This document shows, one piece after another, positions 46,743 to 54,962 of a DNA stretch of 59,012 nt. The translations under genes were made by a program, and so were the position numbers. Numbering within the stretch: position 1 is the stretch's first letter; each line of letters starts with the position of its first letter. Source of the DNA: a virus (taxonomy: Duplodnaviria > Caudoviricetes); IMG/VR virus record IMGVR_UViG_3300048999_000041, positions 1 through 59,012 of that record; one strand, 5' to 3'. The notes under the pieces were generated by a model, which was not told the DNA's origin, made no database searches, and was given only the letters and a program-made list of their open reading frames with translations.

Positions 46743-47096
46743 ATGGAAGATTTGCTGGGGCGCGTCGTAGTTCTCCCAAGTGGCGAACGTGCTGCAGTTA
46801 TTAGTGTTGAGCACGAGTATGATGATGGGACGACTCTACGCTATCTTGACGGTCCATATAAGGATAGTACGACGATGCGTGATACTTTCCTTATTCGTTC
46901 CTATCTAAAAGGAGTTCTCTGTCAGAAATGCAAAAAGCGAATTGCCTCGGTGCGCTGGGGCGACGTCCGTCATAGTCGAATATCACGTTGTCAACGCTGC
47001 GCCACAGGAGAACAATTACGACACGCAGCCAATCGCTTTGGCGCTATACCAAAATTAACAGTTAGCTATCTATGGGCTGTTGTACGCAACGTCTAA
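46743..47096 (+). CDS. Hypothetical Cys-containing protein
   Basis: AGGAG RBS; CQKC...CQRC. Confidence 0.65.
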   Translation: MEDLLGRVVVLPSGERAAVISVEHEYDDGTTLRYLDGPYKDSTTMRDTFLIRSYLKGVLCQKCKKRIASVRWGDVRHSRISRCQRCATGEQLRHAANRFGAIPKLTVSYLWAVVRNV

Positions 47097-47203
47097 AAGG
47101 AGAATTTAAAATGATATCAAAACTGCTTAACTGGCTACTTGATCGAGTGTTAGGCGCTCCGATCAAACCAGAGGACGTATATTTTGATGGCTGACAAAAT
47201 TAT

Positions 47204-47276
47204 GGGGGCGGAGCTCGGTTGGATGAGCAGCGGACTTTTAATCCGTAGGCCCAGGGTTCGAGTCCCTGCGCCCCCA
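47204..47276 (+). tRNA. tRNA-Lys (TTT), atypical G8/G14
   Basis: GGGGGCG/CGCCCCC acceptor, GCGGA-CTTTTAA-TCCGT, CAGGG-TTCGAGT-CCCTG. Confidence 0.9.
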
Positions 47277-47306
47277 TTCGCGTAGTAAACATCTCCTATA
47301 ATGAGA
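47277..47306 (+). promoter_or_regulatory. CGCG-N14-TATAAT promoter P10
   Basis: TTCGCG-tagtaaacatctcc-TATAAT-GAGA, abutting the tRNA-Lys 3' end. Confidence 0.85.
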
Positions 47307-47330
47307 CCCAAACTACTATAGGAGTATTGA

Positions 47331-47513
47331 ATGCCCTCAATTGTACACATGCAATCTGAGAGAAAGTATGATACACCTGGGACCCCAATCCATCGCCTCT
47401 GGACCAAGTGGCATGGTGACCCCCATTTTCATACTACTCTCAATAAATCGCAAGTGACGTGCAAGACGTGCCTTCGTATGCTTAGTAGTCCGAAAATCGA
47501 AGAGAAGTCCTAA
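47331..47513 (+). CDS. Cassette gene, small Cys/His protein
   Basis: AGGAG RBS; VTCKTC. Confidence 0.7.
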   Translation: MPSIVHMQSERKYDTPGTPIHRLWTKWHGDPHFHTTLNKSQVTCKTCLRMLSSPKIEEKS

Positions 47514-47529
47514 CCCGGCTTCTCTTTTT
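47501..47529 (+). terminator. Intrinsic terminator
   Basis: AGAGAAGTC/GGCTTCTCT + T run. Confidence 0.7.
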
Positions 47530-47557
47530 CGCGCATATTTCATCTTGTATAATAGAA
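47528..47557 (+). promoter_or_regulatory. CGCG-N14-TATAAT promoter P11
   Basis: TTCGCG-catatttcatcttg-TATAAT-AGAA. Confidence 0.85.
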
Positions 47558-47578
47558 CCTACTATACAAGGAGTATAC

Positions 47579-47758
47579 ATGTTTACCAAGCTGTTTAATC
47601 GCAACGACCCGGTAGAGATCGAAACGACCGAGCCCGACCCTCTGTTCAAATCGTGGATAAACCACCTCCGGAACCCCAATTCCGAGGATGCCTACGAAGC
47701 GTACATGGAAGAGGCTCATCGTGAAGACCTCCACCAGTCCATGCGTCAAGCCGTATGA
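47579..47758 (+). CDS. Cassette gene, 59 aa (not in ORF track)
   Basis: AAGGAG RBS; MFTKLFNRNDPVEIETTEPDPLFKSW... Confidence 0.75.
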   Translation: MFTKLFNRNDPVEIETTEPDPLFKSWINHLRNPNSEDAYEAYMEEAHREDLHQSMRQAV

Positions 47759-47785
47759 CCAAGTAACCCCAAAAGTAGTAGCCCA

Positions 47786-47819
47786 AAGAGAGAATTCACT
47801 AATCCTGGATTCTCTTTTT
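47786..47819 (+). terminator. Intrinsic terminator
   Basis: AAGAGAGAATTCA/TGGATTCTCTTTT; same family as 27557 and 33100. Confidence 0.8.
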
Positions 47820-47843
47820 ATCTCATATTTTAGGAGCACAATT

Positions 47844-48038
47844 ATGACTCGCCACGCCTTATTTCATTTCTTAGCCTATACTATTCTCATCGGAGCGTTG
47901 TTTTTATGGTTGATCGATGCTTTGGGTGAGCTTAACATAGTGTGGGCGCTGCGTATCAAATGGAGTCTGCTGTGGTATGCTCTACGATATTTGTTTGGCA
48001 TGTGCTCAATCGTCCTCGCTCTTGACGTCATATTTTAG
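47844..48038 (+). CDS. Small membrane protein
   Basis: ATG 47844 after AGGAG; two TM segments. Confidence 0.6.
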   Translation: MTRHALFHFLAYTILIGALFLWLIDALGELNIVWALRIKWSLLWYALRYLFGMCSIVLALDVIF

Positions 48039-48046
48039 GAGACCAT

Positions 48047-48289
48047 ATGAGCAGCAGAGAAGTTGAGTTGGCTTGGCTAGTAAGTAAAGTTCAACGAGAT
48101 GCTGAGTTTATCGAGAGACTACGGGAGTATTATAATAGCAATAGCCCTAGGTGGTCTGCGGGTATGGAGGCCGCGTTTAGGGATTACATCGAGCGAAAAA
48201 CCGACCAGTATCTCTATGAATACTCGCGGATGGAGAAATTGGGGTTTCTTATTGCCAGCGGACGAGAACACATCAAGTTAGACATCTAA
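48047..48289 (+). CDS. Hypothetical protein
   Basis: AGGAG RBS, 80 aa. Confidence 0.65.
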   Translation: MSSREVELAWLVSKVQRDAEFIERLREYYNSNSPRWSAGMEAAFRDYIERKTDQYLYEYSRMEKLGFLIASGREHIKLDI

Positions 48290-48552
48290 GTCTTTTTTTG
48301 CTTTCAGATATTAGAAAGGGAACATGATAAAACCAAACCCAAGACATCTACACCCACGGTGTCCACATTGTGGGAGCATTGCCCCCTACGGCGATCCGAG
48401 GCTTACGTGGCTTTCTATGCATATTGATAGTCGGATGCATCGCTGGTGGTGGAGGATTAGAAAACTATTTGGTAAAGGATGGACGGCATGACAGAGTTAT
48501 CTAAAATACTTTTAAGCAAACTAAAATGGTTAAAAATTAAAGGAGAACGATA

Positions 48553-48780
48553 ATGGATCAACCGGCGGGCCCCATCGTTTCAGACGCCATGATCAAATCG
48601 CGTCTTGAGGGCTATCAGAATCACGCAGCCAAGCGCGTTCATTCAATTCTCGATGGCGTTGGCGAAGAGCTTAACATGTCGGTTACTCGGCTTATTACCG
48701 ACGCCTATCTTAAAGGACTGGCTGACGGATTTTCTCAGCGGGTCTACGCCGATGGATTAGAAGATGGCGAGACCTCGTGA
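48553..48780 (+). CDS. Hypothetical protein
   Basis: AAGGAG RBS, 75 aa. Confidence 0.65.
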   Translation: MDQPAGPIVSDAMIKSRLEGYQNHAAKRVHSILDGVGEELNMSVTRLITDAYLKGLADGFSQRVYADGLEDGETS

Positions 48781-48961
48781 ACTGCTCTAAGTGCGATAAC
48801 GACGCCAAGCATTCTATCTTAGTGAGGTTGGGTGAGCTGCCCGATCCGCTTGACCCGAAGTTAAAAGACAAAGATAAGTCCGAAGTGCACGTCGTGCGGT
48901 TCTGTGAGACCCATTGGGGCGATGTCAAGACCCTTATTCCACAGATTGGATAGGAGGTAAC

Positions 48962-49237
48962 ATGAGCACGACCAACAAGGTGGCCAAGAACCCGCAGGCC
49001 TTCCGAATCGCCATAAATTCCCACGACCGTGAGAATCCCGACCACCCACCCGCATATGGTATCGAGATCAGCACGTTCGACGCTGAGCGCCTGGGGTTTG
49101 AGGATGGCGAAACCCTGTGGGAGGGGTGTACACTTCATACCAATTCTGAGCGTCCTAACAACACTTTCGGTGCTCTATGCGATTACGAGGAGCTTCGTGC
49201 AATGCGTGCCGTCTCTGAGCATCCGCTGGAGGTCTAA
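48962..49237 (+). CDS. Hypothetical protein
   Basis: ATG 48962 after AGGAGG. Confidence 0.65.
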   Translation: MSTTNKVAKNPQAFRIAINSHDRENPDHPPAYGIEISTFDAERLGFEDGETLWEGCTLHTNSERPNNTFGALCDYEELRAMRAVSEHPLEV

Positions 49238-49481
49238 TATGCGTAGTATGTATAAAGATGCTATAGCTGCTATGATGCTTAAAGCAACTCTTCGAGAGCT
49301 TAAAATGTTAAAGATCTATGGTGCTTGCTGTAAATGCGAAGGCATGGGGGTTTGAGAATGCATGGAACAATCACCGAATCACACGAAGTGCATCTCCGCG
49401 GTTGGAAGTGGTTTGTTGCCCTTTTTCGTAGGCAGCCACGAAGATATTTAGTCATTGACAAGATTGATTGGGGGTGATCTG

Positions 49482-49658
49482 ATGTACCAATACAAAACAG
49501 TAAATGCTTCTTATCATCCTTCGGTAGAAGACGCATGTAACTTTTGGGGGCGAGAAGGTTGGCGTGTAGTTGCCGTTATACCTCCGCCCGGTCCTGGATA
49601 TGCCCATACTTTGGTTATTGAGCGAGATCGAGGAATAATCACGAACACTGAGGAGTGA
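49482..49658 (+). CDS. DUF4177-like small protein
   Basis: YQYKTV...NFWGREGWRVVAV. Confidence 0.6.
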   Translation: MYQYKTVNASYHPSVEDACNFWGREGWRVVAVIPPPGPGYAHTLVIERDRGIITNTEE

Positions 49659-49882
49659 TGAGGATCAAATATTACAATTGCAAATACGGATGCTGGCATC
49701 TCCGTGGTATCAAGTGTGAATGCGGGTCTAAGCCAGTGAGCTTTTCGTCGAGGAAGTGTCATTGATGGATGACAAAACCACGCACCTGATTATCCATGTA
49801 TCAGCGGTAAGGCTTTGTCTGATCTTGACCTTTTTTGCTGGTATTATATGGGGTATTGCTATCGCCGTATTGGTGGTAGTCA

Positions 49883-50143
49883 GTGTCTAATGTTCGGTAT
49901 TATCCTATGAAAGGAATTGTTGTGGATACGGACGAGCATACCGTTTTCACCAAAGAAGTGCTCAAGGCACAAGACGGTAAAGAAGTCCCACTTACTTTAG
50001 AAACCGGTGGCCCGGTAATTGGTAAAGCCACCCTGCATTATCACGAAGAGTCTGGTGAGCTACGAGCAGACTTTGAAATCACCGATCCGAAAGTAAAAGA
50101 GTTTTTGGAAAACGACTTAAATCCACGCGGGTTTGAAGGATAG
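49883..50143 (+). CDS. Hypothetical protein
   Basis: 86-aa ORF, GTG start. Confidence 0.55.
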   Translation: MSNVRYYPMKGIVVDTDEHTVFTKEVLKAQDGKEVPLTLETGGPVIGKATLHYHEESGELRADFEITDPKVKEFLENDLNPRGFEG

Positions 50144-50155
50144 AAAAGAGAATGT

Positions 50156-50368
50156 ATGCACAATACCATTTGTATTGGCTGCCAACACGGTGAGCATCAT
50201 AGTACCGACGTTATCCAAAACCCGCCCAAGGGGGCTCTAGGGGGTTCACGCTGCCGCTGTGAAGGCGAATGTGTGGACGGTCGTTATATCCCTCCGCAAT
50301 TTAAGAAGGTTATTAAAGCGTTTAAAGACGCATTAGAGAAGGAGGTTAGACATGGAAGATCATTATAG
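50156..50368 (+). CDS. Small Cys-rich protein
   Basis: CIGC..GEH...CRCEGEC. Confidence 0.55.
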   Translation: MHNTICIGCQHGEHHSTDVIQNPPKGALGGSRCRCEGECVDGRYIPPQFKKVIKAFKDALEKEVRHGRSL

Positions 50369-50675
50369 AAAAGCTATAGAAGAACATCGTCTCAATTGGC
50401 AAGAAACCAATGGTGACAGAAACGATACGGCCCGCCCAGCAGATCTCAAACTCTGGAATTCTCTATCAACAAAAAGGGACGATATGGGAGAAGTAGAACA
50501 GTATCGTATGAAAACGCCGGGTACTGGCCAGATAGACACATTAACTTTCGAACCTAATGCCGACGTAGAACAAGCTCTTATTCGATCTTTGGAAAGTGCT
50601 TTGGGCAATTTGCTCTCCTATTTAAAACGCAAACAAGATTACGAAAACAAGATAGAGGAAAGTAAGAAACTATGA
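50352..50675 (+). CDS. Hypothetical protein
   Basis: AAGGAGG RBS, 107 aa. Confidence 0.65.
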   Translation: MEDHYRKAIEEHRLNWQETNGDRNDTARPADLKLWNSLSTKRDDMGEVEQYRMKTPGTGQIDTLTFEPNADVEQALIRSLESALGNLLSYLKRKQDYENKIEESKKL

Positions 50676-51280
50676 TAGACCAAGACTATTGCGGCTCAAT
50701 AAGTTATGAGCCTGGTTACATAGCATGTCTTTTGCCTTTAGGTCACGATGGGCCATGTGTACACGAGTGGGCTAATGAGTCCTGGATTCACAACCGGAGA
50801 ATTTGGTGGGTCTTGTTCGGAGCATTCCTGTCGCCTATGACTCGAGTTCGGGCTTTCTGGCATTACATCATAAAGAGACATGAGTATGAGATCTGCATGG
50901 CCTGTGGCCGCCCGGTGGGCCGCTTTTACGCCAATTGCTCGTATTGGAGCACTGATGACGACCTGTGGCTGCGTGTCACAGGAGACCCTACCAGTATCCG
51001 TTGCCCTGCCTGCTTCAGCATTGAGGCTGGCGCTAAGGGGCTTCATATTCGGTGGGAAGCTATAGAAGGGATTAGGTCGGTGACAAAAGAAGACCCGCAC
51101 GATACTATTAAAATTGATCACGAGAGTCTAAGGGCGGCTAAGCAGAAGTACAGAATGGTAGTGATACAGTTAGAAGAAAGACGGCACCCAGACGATGTTC
51201 TTCACCCAGCATACAAGCTAGGACAATTTCTCACCGAGGCACTAGGATCAGCTTGGGCCGACGCAGACGAAAAGAGGTGA
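50672..51280 (+). CDS. Hypothetical Cys-rich mosaic protein
   Basis: ATGA overlap; CLLPLGHDGPC, CMACG, CPAC. Confidence 0.6.
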   Translation: MIDQDYCGSISYEPGYIACLLPLGHDGPCVHEWANESWIHNRRIWWVLFGAFLSPMTRVRAFWHYIIKRHEYEICMACGRPVGRFYANCSYWSTDDDLWLRVTGDPTSIRCPACFSIEAGAKGLHIRWEAIEGIRSVTKEDPHDTIKIDHESLRAAKQKYRMVVIQLEERRHPDDVLHPAYKLGQFLTEALGSAWADADEKR

Positions 51281-51283
51281 CTA

Positions 51284-51634
51284 ATGAGAATTGAAGATCC
51301 CGGGCACATATACTTTGTGCAGAACGTGGATGGTTCGGGAGAACAGAGAATTCGGTTTGTTCGCCGACGCGACTCAAACGCTGAGCTTCTAAAGACAGAT
51401 AGTCGTGAAGAAGGTATTTTAGCTCAAGAGTTAGTTCGTGTTCTAATTGACAGGACGTTGTATCTCAATGCTGAAGCTCCGTGTGTGGAAAATGTGTCTA
51501 TTGTCAACGATCTTCGTAATGTTCTAGTAAATTTCGAAGCTCGAGCTGCGCGTCGCACTATAGAAAAGAAGTCTATGCCAGAGCGGGCCACTGTGTGCCG
51601 AACATGTCAGCATATATTATGTGATCATAAGTAA
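51284..51634 (+). CDS. Tad1-like protein (putative anti-Thoeris/CBASS sponge)
   Basis: DPGHIY...QRIRFVRR...EGILAQELVRVLIDRT.YLN...PCVEN...LR..L..FEAR pattern parallels Tad1 (GH.Y, I.F, G...E.L...DR, C.EN). Confidence 0.6.
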   Translation: MRIEDPGHIYFVQNVDGSGEQRIRFVRRRDSNAELLKTDSREEGILAQELVRVLIDRTLYLNAEAPCVENVSIVNDLRNVLVNFEARAARRTIEKKSMPERATVCRTCQHILCDHK

Positions 51635-51652
51635 GTAGAAAGGAGGTGACGT

Positions 51653-51883
51653 ATGCCATCTAAATTAGAAGAAACTTGGCAGCATAATACTGCCGATAAT
51701 ATGATTGTTTATGTTTGCCCTGGCCCATCAGACGAATCAGAGGAGTGTACGTTTTGGATGACGGGGCCGGGCTATTGTATGTATCATCCACATATTGATC
51801 TAGTGCCCAAACCTATTCGGCATACTACAGTACCTCCGGATCTAAATCTACCAAAACCGAGCGAAAGATACGACGACTTTTAG
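51653..51883 (+). CDS. Small Cys/His protein
   Basis: AAAGGAGGTG RBS; YVCP...C...PGYCMYH. Confidence 0.6.
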   Translation: MPSKLEETWQHNTADNMIVYVCPGPSDESEECTFWMTGPGYCMYHPHIDLVPKPIRHTTVPPDLNLPKPSERYDDF

Positions 51884-51894
51884 AAAGGAGGAAA

Positions 51895-53115
51895 ATGCAT
51901 ATTCATCCTGATCTGGCTCCGCATCAGCTAACCGCCGTAGGCAAGCTGTCTGATGGCAAGATCCTCGTTGGCGGCGTTGGATCAGGGAAGTCGCGGGTGG
52001 GTCTGGCCTATTACGCATTAACTAAGGGTCATGAGGATATCTACGTCATCACCACCGCTAAGAAGCGAGACAACCTCGACTGGGAGAAAGAGGCGGTCAA
52101 GTTCGGTATCGGTAAAGAGCGTGACGCTACGCTATACGGCGTGCTGCACGTAGACAGCTGGAACAACATCGCCAAGTACGTTGACATATCCAACGCCTTC
52201 TTCATATTCGATGAGCAGCGAGTAGTAGGCTCGGGTAAATGGGCTAAGTCATTTTTAAAGATCGCTCGTAACAATAGGTGGATCATGCTATCAGCGACCC
52301 CCGGAGACACTTGGTTAGACTACATCCCGGTGTTCATCGCCAACGGGTTTTACCGTAATCGCACCGAGTTCAAGCGCGAACACGTCATCTATAACTCGTT
52401 TACCAAGTTTCCCAAGGTTGAGCGTTACGTGGGCGTGGGCAAGCTGTTAAAGCATAGAAACGACATATTAGTCTCTATGCCCTACGCCAAGCAGACCACC
52501 CGGCATGAGAAGATCATATGGTGTGATTATGATGAAGAGGCGATGAGAAGAGTTGCTCACGGCCGCTGGAACATATACAAAGACGAACCGATCCGAGACA
52601 TAGCTGAACTGTTTGGCGTGATGCGAAGAGTGGCTAACTCTGATCCCAGTCGTGCTCGAGCCATAGGAAAGCTGATCAAGCTAAACCCCAGATTGATCTT
52701 ATTTTATAACTTCAACTACGAGTTAGACATCATCAGAGAGCTGTGTGGACCCCTTTGGAAGTCTTCGAAAGTGGCGTTTGCCGAGTGGAACGGGCATAAG
52801 CACGAGGAGATTCCCGAGAGTCCTAAGTGGGTCTACGCCGTGCAGTATGTCGCCGGTTCTGAAGGGTGGAACTGCGTGTCTACCAATGCAACGTGCTTTT
52901 ATAGCTTGCCCTATTCGTATAAGATGTTCGAGCAGGCCCACGGTAGAACCGACAGACTGAACACACCATATTTAGATCTGTATTACTATGTTATGAGGTC
53001 AAAAGCAGACATTGATCACGCTATCTGGCGCTCGCTTAAGGCGAAAAAGGCCTTCCAGGTCGATCATTTCGACATGACCAACGCAGAATTTGCCGACTTT
53101 TCGATCGAGAAATGA
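51895..53115 (+). CDS. SF2 (DEAD/SNF2-like) DNA helicase
   Basis: GGVGSGKS, IFDEQ, LSATPGD, GSEGWN, QAHGRTDRLN. Confidence 0.9.
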   Translation: MHIHPDLAPHQLTAVGKLSDGKILVGGVGSGKSRVGLAYYALTKGHEDIYVITTAKKRDNLDWEKEAVKFGIGKERDATLYGVLHVDSWNNIAKYVDISNAFFIFDEQRVVGSGKWAKSFLKIARNNRWIMLSATPGDTWLDYIPVFIANGFYRNRTEFKREHVIYNSFTKFPKVERYVGVGKLLKHRNDILVSMPYAKQTTRHEKIIWCDYDEEAMRRVAHGRWNIYKDEPIRDIAELFGVMRRVANSDPSRARAIGKLIKLNPRLILFYNFNYELDIIRELCGPLWKSSKVAFAEWNGHKHEEIPESPKWVYAVQYVAGSEGWNCVSTNATCFYSLPYSYKMFEQAHGRTDRLNTPYLDLYYYVMRSKADIDHAIWRSLKAKKAFQVDHFDMTNAEFADFSIEK

Positions 53116-53545
53116 GGAGAGATTTGCCAAGAATGTTTAAGGGGGTCTATGAAAAAAGTGCTCCCAGTATCTAAAACGTCAGATATTGGCGATTGTTAAA
53201 CTTGAATTTGAGGGGGTCAAAAATGGTCGTTTCAGAGAGCTCAAAAAGGCCGAAATCAGATACTGAGACGGGTAATTTTGGTTGAGCGTGAGAACAACGT
53301 TGGCAAATCTTGGCAAAATAATGATCAATTTGTCCGGAAAATGCGGGGTTTTACGGGTCAGTATCTGCCAAGAAAACAGAGGTTAAAAACTTTTATATAA
53401 TCGCTTCCCAATATCTGTATATGTCATATATGCCTATATCTCTATACTCTATCTACGCGCGAGATAATATAAAAGCAGATACTGATACGTGTTTTATAAA
53501 AACTTTTTCATAAACGTTTTTGGCAAGATACTGGGAATCGGGTCT
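53116..53545. other. Putative replication origin (iteron-like repeats, AT-rich)
   Basis: ORF-free; 7 AGATAYTG boxes in both orientations, 5 TGCCAA/TTGGCA boxes, duplicated AAAAACTTTT, TA-rich core. Confidence 0.55.
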
Positions 53546-53562
53546 ATCACAAGGAATGAGGC

Positions 53563-53802
53563 ATGTCGGTACAAATAACACACCCAATCAAATCTGTTGA
53601 TGCTCAACTAGCAGAACACCTCCTGAGAGCCGAGGAGAGCCTCATAGCGGCCCTTGAACTGTTTTCTAAGGGTAAGCGTCCAGAACGGCCTTCTGAGTAC
53701 TTAAAACGCCTTACAAGAGCTCAGGAGCTAGTTACGTCGATATATCGCGAAGAATTAGTGAGAAAGCGTGGTCCAATTAGGCTTAGGCCGAAGAAAGGAT
53801 AG
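53563..53802 (+). CDS. Hypothetical protein
   Basis: 79 aa, GAGG RBS. Confidence 0.6.
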   Translation: MSVQITHPIKSVDAQLAEHLLRAEESLIAALELFSKGKRPERPSEYLKRLTRAQELVTSIYREELVRKRGPIRLRPKKG

Positions 53803-53805
53803 ATA

Positions 53806-54042
53806 ATGGATGATTTTGATGTTCATGATCCGAATGTAGTTATTGATGCGTTTAACAACACGACCGACGAGCTTTACTTTCATCTCGTTCGCGCCGAGTA
53901 TCATGCTAGAAAAGCGCACGATTTGTTGTATAAGGAAAACGCCCCACGACGTAGCATATGGTATCGAATGTCTGTTAGTCGTGCACAAAGCCTTCTTATG
54001 ACTTTATGGATTCGGGAGATGAATCGAAGGAATAAATCATGA
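53806..54042 (+). CDS. Hypothetical protein
   Basis: 78 aa, AAGGA RBS. Confidence 0.6.
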   Translation: MDDFDVHDPNVVIDAFNNTTDELYFHLVRAEYHARKAHDLLYKENAPRRSIWYRMSVSRAQSLLMTLWIREMNRRNKS

Positions 54043-54536
54043 CCGTAGAAGAGTGGGTTGCGGTAGAAGGGTTTCCTGGATATAGCGTAAACCCCTTTGG
54101 TCAAGTTAAGAAAGACTCTACCGGTCGTGTGCTGCATACTAGAGTAAATCAGTATGGCGTTCCTTATGTTGGGCTTATGCGAGGTTGGAAACAGTGTATT
54201 CGTTCGTTACCTCGTCTGGTCGCTTCGGCATTTATTCCACAACCGAACGAAATTTTTGATACACCAATCAATCTTGATGGAGATCGTAGTAATTGTTGTG
54301 TCGATAATCTTCAGTGGCGGCCTCGATGGTATGCGGTTCATTATAACAACCAATTTAAAGATAGATATTCTACTCCCATAGACGGTAAGATAAGAGATAG
54401 TGCTTCCGGTGCAGTGTTTCCTAATTCCTTTGTTGCTGCTTGTAGTTTTGGGCTTTTGGAGCGAGAAGTCGTATTATCGATTTTAAATAGGACCTTAGCT
54501 TGGCCCACATATCAACAATTTGAGCTTGCAGAGTAA
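54039..54536 (+). CDS. NUMOD4 / HNH-like DNA-binding protein
   Basis: EEWVAVEGFPGYSVNPFGQV (NUMOD4), RLVASAFIP...INLDGDRSN...NLQW (degenerate HNH). Confidence 0.75.
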   Translation: MTVEEWVAVEGFPGYSVNPFGQVKKDSTGRVLHTRVNQYGVPYVGLMRGWKQCIRSLPRLVASAFIPQPNEIFDTPINLDGDRSNCCVDNLQWRPRWYAVHYNNQFKDRYSTPIDGKIRDSASGAVFPNSFVAACSFGLLEREVVLSILNRTLAWPTYQQFELAE

Positions 54537-54547
54537 TCAGATACTGA

Positions 54548-54577
54548 TACGCGTGCTTTTCGCGTCGTGTAATAGAA
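54548..54577 (+). promoter_or_regulatory. CGCG-N14-TGTAAT promoter P12 (heads the nuclease-RNAP operon)
   Basis: CGCG 54550, 14-nt spacer, TGTAAT-AGAA; overlapped by AGATACTGATACGCG box at 54539. Confidence 0.7.
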
Positions 54578-54644
54578 GGGAGTAGTGTATCCCGTTTTTA
54601 TTGTCGTATTTTTTTGCTTTATAAAGACTGGAAAGGAGGATTTC

Positions 54645-54962
54645 GTGACTGAGAACAAATATCAGGCCAAGCTTATCAAGAAGCTTTATGATATGTTTCC
54701 TGGTTGCGAGATTCTTAAAAACGATGCCGGGTATAAACAAGGTATTCTTGATCTAACCATTTTTTTTGAGAATCGTTGGGCGATGTTGGAGCCTAAAGCT
54801 TCGGCTAAAGCATCAATAAGGCCTAATCAAGAGTATTTTGTTAAAAAGCTCAACAAGATGTCCTTCGCTTCGTTCATCTTTCCTGAGAACGAGAAGGAGG
54901 TGTTATCTGCGCTTCAGAAAGCACTCTCACCTCGAAGGGCAACACGCGTTTCTAAGTCCTAG
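54645..54962 (+). CDS. VRR-NUC-like nuclease / Holliday junction resolvase
   Basis: GTG after AAAGGAGG; ENKYQ..LIKKL, QGILDL, WAMLEPK, RPNQEYFV. Confidence 0.8.
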   Translation: MTENKYQAKLIKKLYDMFPGCEILKNDAGYKQGILDLTIFFENRWAMLEPKASAKASIRPNQEYFVKKLNKMSFASFIFPENEKEVLSALQKALSPRRATRVSKS

